Of a stretch of DNA of 24,300 nt, positions 22,234 through 24,300 are shown one piece after another. Every line of letters begins with the position of its first letter. Position 1 is the stretch's first letter. Source of the stretch: a virus (taxonomy: Duplodnaviria > Caudoviricetes); the IMG/VR virus record IMGVR_UViG_3300020045_002203, positions 1-24,300 of that record. One strand, given 5' to 3'. Below the pieces are notes generated by a model, which made no database searches, was not told the DNA's origin, and saw only the letters and a program-made list of their open reading frames with translations. The translations under genes and the position numbers were made by a program.

Positions 22234-23791
22234 CCTACCGAATGCGACTGTGTATCACGGCTCTAACCTTGATGTACTACCAAGCCTGCCGGACAACTCG
22301 GTGGACTCGATTGTGACTGATCCGCCTTATGAACTGGGTTTTATGGGCAAGTCTTGGGATAACTCAGGCATTGCTTACTCGGTTGAGTTGTGGACTGAGT
22401 GTATGCGAGTGCTAAAGCCAGGTGGTCACTTGCTTGCCTTTGGTGGGTCTAGAACTTGGCACAGACTTGCGGTTGCGATTGAGGATGCTGGCTTTGAGAT
22501 GCGCGACTCGATTGCTTGGCTCTATGGCTCAGGCTTTCCTAAGTCAATGGATGTCAGTAAAGCTATTGACAAGATAAACGGTAAGCCTCGAAACCTAACA
22601 GATTTTACTCTTTGGCTAAGAACAACAGGTGTAACTATAAAACAAGTGACTCAAGTTTTGAGAGATGCAAAACTTATTTCCGAGAATGGAACAATGGCAT
22701 CACACTATTTTGCAATATCTGAAGCAGGACAGCCAGCCATTCCGACAGTTGCCATATGGAAAGTCATTAGGCCACTCTTAGCCGCAGTGCCTGAGTGGGT
22801 TGATGAAATGGTTACTCGCATTGAAGCTGAGCGTGAAGTGATTGGGAAAGGTGCTGATTATGGACATACATTGGAAAAAGAGATTGATCAAAAATTTGGT
22901 TTTAAGAAAGATTATGACATAACTGCACCTGCTACCCCCGAAGCTCAGAAATGGCAAGGTTGGGGAACAGCACTAAAGCCAGCCTTTGAACCTGTTGTTG
23001 TAGCTCGCAAACCTTTGATTGGAACTGTTGCCGCTAATGTGTTGGCTTATGGAACTGGTGGGCTAAACATAGATGCCAGTCGGATAGGAACAGAAAAGAT
23101 TTCCACGCACCACGCACCAAAGGGAACATTCGCTGGTGGTGAGCAAGACAGAGGATCTGACACTTCGACCTATCAGGAACACACAGGTCGCTGGCCAGCA
23201 AACATAATCCTTGATTCTTATACCGCTGAACTACTAGATGAACAGAGTGGAGTTAGCAAGTCAGGTAAGCCAGGCGCGCGCACCTCTGATGGATTCAATA
23301 CCAACTCTTATGGGCAAGGCATCGGCATCAAAGCAGGTCAAGATAATGGCGAGTATGGTGACTCTGGTGGCGCTTCTCGATTCTTTTATGTAGCCAAAGC
23401 ATCTAAGAAAGACCGCAATGAAGGACTGGAAGAACTAGAAGCACAACTAACTGCTGCTGCTAATTTCAGACCTAACCATATGGAAAAGGCACTAGAAGGG
23501 GAAAGCGGCAATCCATTCGGTCGCTTCCAACCGGTGAAGAACTTTCACCCAACAGTCAAGCCAACAGCACTAATGGAATACCTAATCAAACTGGTAACAC
23601 CTGAAGGCGGAACAGTCCTTGATCCTTTTACCGGCTCAGGCTCGACTGGCAAGGCTGCTCTACTCAACGGCTATCAGTTCATTGGTATAGAGCTAACAGA
23701 TGAATACCTGCCAATTATTGAAGGCAGACTCAAGTGGGCTAATGAGCAAGCCAGCAAGAAAGAAGAAGAAAAGAAAGAGGTGCTGTTCTAA
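22226..23791 (+). CDS. DNA amino-methyltransferase (N6-adenine / N4-cytosine, beta-class motif order)
   Basis: VTDPPY near the N-terminus; HPTVKP and VLDPFTGSGSTG near the C-terminus. Confidence 0.92.
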   Translation: MISLPNATVYHGSNLDVLPSLPDNSVDSIVTDPPYELGFMGKSWDNSGIAYSVELWTECMRVLKPGGHLLAFGGSRTWHRLAVAIEDAGFEMRDSIAWLYGSGFPKSMDVSKAIDKINGKPRNLTDFTLWLRTTGVTIKQVTQVLRDAKLISENGTMASHYFAISEAGQPAIPTVAIWKVIRPLLAAVPEWVDEMVTRIEAEREVIGKGADYGHTLEKEIDQKFGFKKDYDITAPATPEAQKWQGWGTALKPAFEPVVVARKPLIGTVAANVLAYGTGGLNIDASRIGTEKISTHHAPKGTFAGGEQDRGSDTSTYQEHTGRWPANIILDSYTAELLDEQSGVSKSGKPGARTSDGFNTNSYGQGIGIKAGQDNGEYGDSGGASRFFYVAKASKKDRNEGLEELEAQLTAAANFRPNHMEKALEGESGNPFGRFQPVKNFHPTVKPTALMEYLIKLVTPEGGTVLDPFTGSGSTGKAALLNGYQFIGIELTDEYLPIIEGRLKWANEQASKKEEEKKEVLF

Positions 23792-23967
23792 TGCCGACAT
23801 ACCTCTATGAATGTAAGACCTGTGAACAAAGGGTAAGTATCAACCGAGCAATCACAGACCAAGAGATTCCACCTATCTGTATAGAGTGTGCCAAGCCAAT
23901 GCTGAAACAGTTTGGGCTAACAGGTGTGACCTTCAAAGGCTCAGGCTGGGGAAAGGACAAGAACTAA
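23791..23967 (+). CDS. FmdB-family zinc ribbon protein
   Basis: MPTYLYECKTC...PICIEC...M.K......VTFKGSGW. Not in the ORF track. Confidence 0.85.
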   Translation: MPTYLYECKTCEQRVSINRAITDQEIPPICIECAKPMLKQFGLTGVTFKGSGWGKDKN

Positions 23968-24071
23968 TGACACCTATGGACATCGCATGGGGAATTGTAT
24001 TAGGTGGGCTAATACTAGGCGGAATAAGTTTTGTGCTATTACTGATTCTCGGTTGGTTGAGTGACCTATGA
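23967..24071 (+). CDS. 34-aa single-TM mini-protein
   Basis: MTPMDIAWGIVLGGLILGGISFVLLLILGWLSDL; SD AAAGGA; TAATG and ATGA coupling. Confidence 0.6.
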   Translation: MTPMDIAWGIVLGGLILGGISFVLLLILGWLSDL

Positions 24072-24300
24072 CTAATGGACATGGCAACCAGTCTTATCAG
24101 GAAAGAAACAACAGACCTGACAACTTTGGTGAAGAACTATTCATAGACCATTGCCGAGCGCATGGCCTGACCTGTAGGCGAATAGGCTTTGATGAGAAGC
24201 AAGGCTCAATCCCTAACTATTGGGATCTAAACAAAGTAATCCGCCAACTCCCAGACTTTGTATTGACCGGTTTGGTCTTTGGTCATTGCCCGCTGGAGTT
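24068..24300 (+). CDS. Partial ORF, possible PD-(D/E)xK nuclease (3'-truncated)
   Basis: MTNGHGNQSYQERN...GEELF...IRQLPDFVL, open to the window edge; E-helix plus PD motif, but the (D/E)xK is not visible. Confidence 0.45.
   Translation, partial: MTNGHGNQSYQERNNRPDNFGEELFIDHCRAHGLTCRRIGFDEKQGSIPNYWDLNKVIRQLPDFVLTGLVFGHCPLE

Noticed and set aside
23886-23966. Upstream part of the listed 61-aa ORF
   Set aside because: This region belongs to the FmdB-type gene in another frame; the real start is probably ATG 23967.
1-24300. Stop-codon reassignment, integrase/att site, IS element or diversity-generating retroelement
   Set aside because: Genes end normally with TAA, TAG and TGA; no recombinase, transposase or reverse transcriptase motifs, and no TR/VR repeat pair, were seen.

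Overview
A 24.3-kb fragment of a tailed (siphovirus-type) phage genome, almost entirely + strand. The host is most likely an actinobacterium with moderate GC (whiB, NrdH, FmdB-type zinc ribbon, TANNNT-N6/7-ATG leaderless-type starts); a freshwater Microbacteriaceae/acI-type host is an inference. Gene order: glycosyltransferase/cytidylyltransferase cassette, head-tail joining genes, tail tube, frameshifted tail chaperone, tape measure, tail tip, three paralogous fibre-like genes, lysis/membrane cassette, divergent whiB, recombination module (YqaJ exonuclease, Rad52/Sak-like annealase), HNH, GIY-YIG, SSB, RusA, many mini-genes, metallophosphoesterase and a DNA methyltransferase. The most notable unexplained signals are: (1) a ~330-nt densely base-paired non-coding element after a GIY-YIG gene that has its own structured leader, at the position where a replication initiator would be expected; (2) apparent total absence of ACGA, TCGT and ACGT on a manual scan; (3) a rusA gene whose conserved N-terminus lacks a canonical start codon. 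All calls come from reading motifs and synteny by eye; no searches were run.
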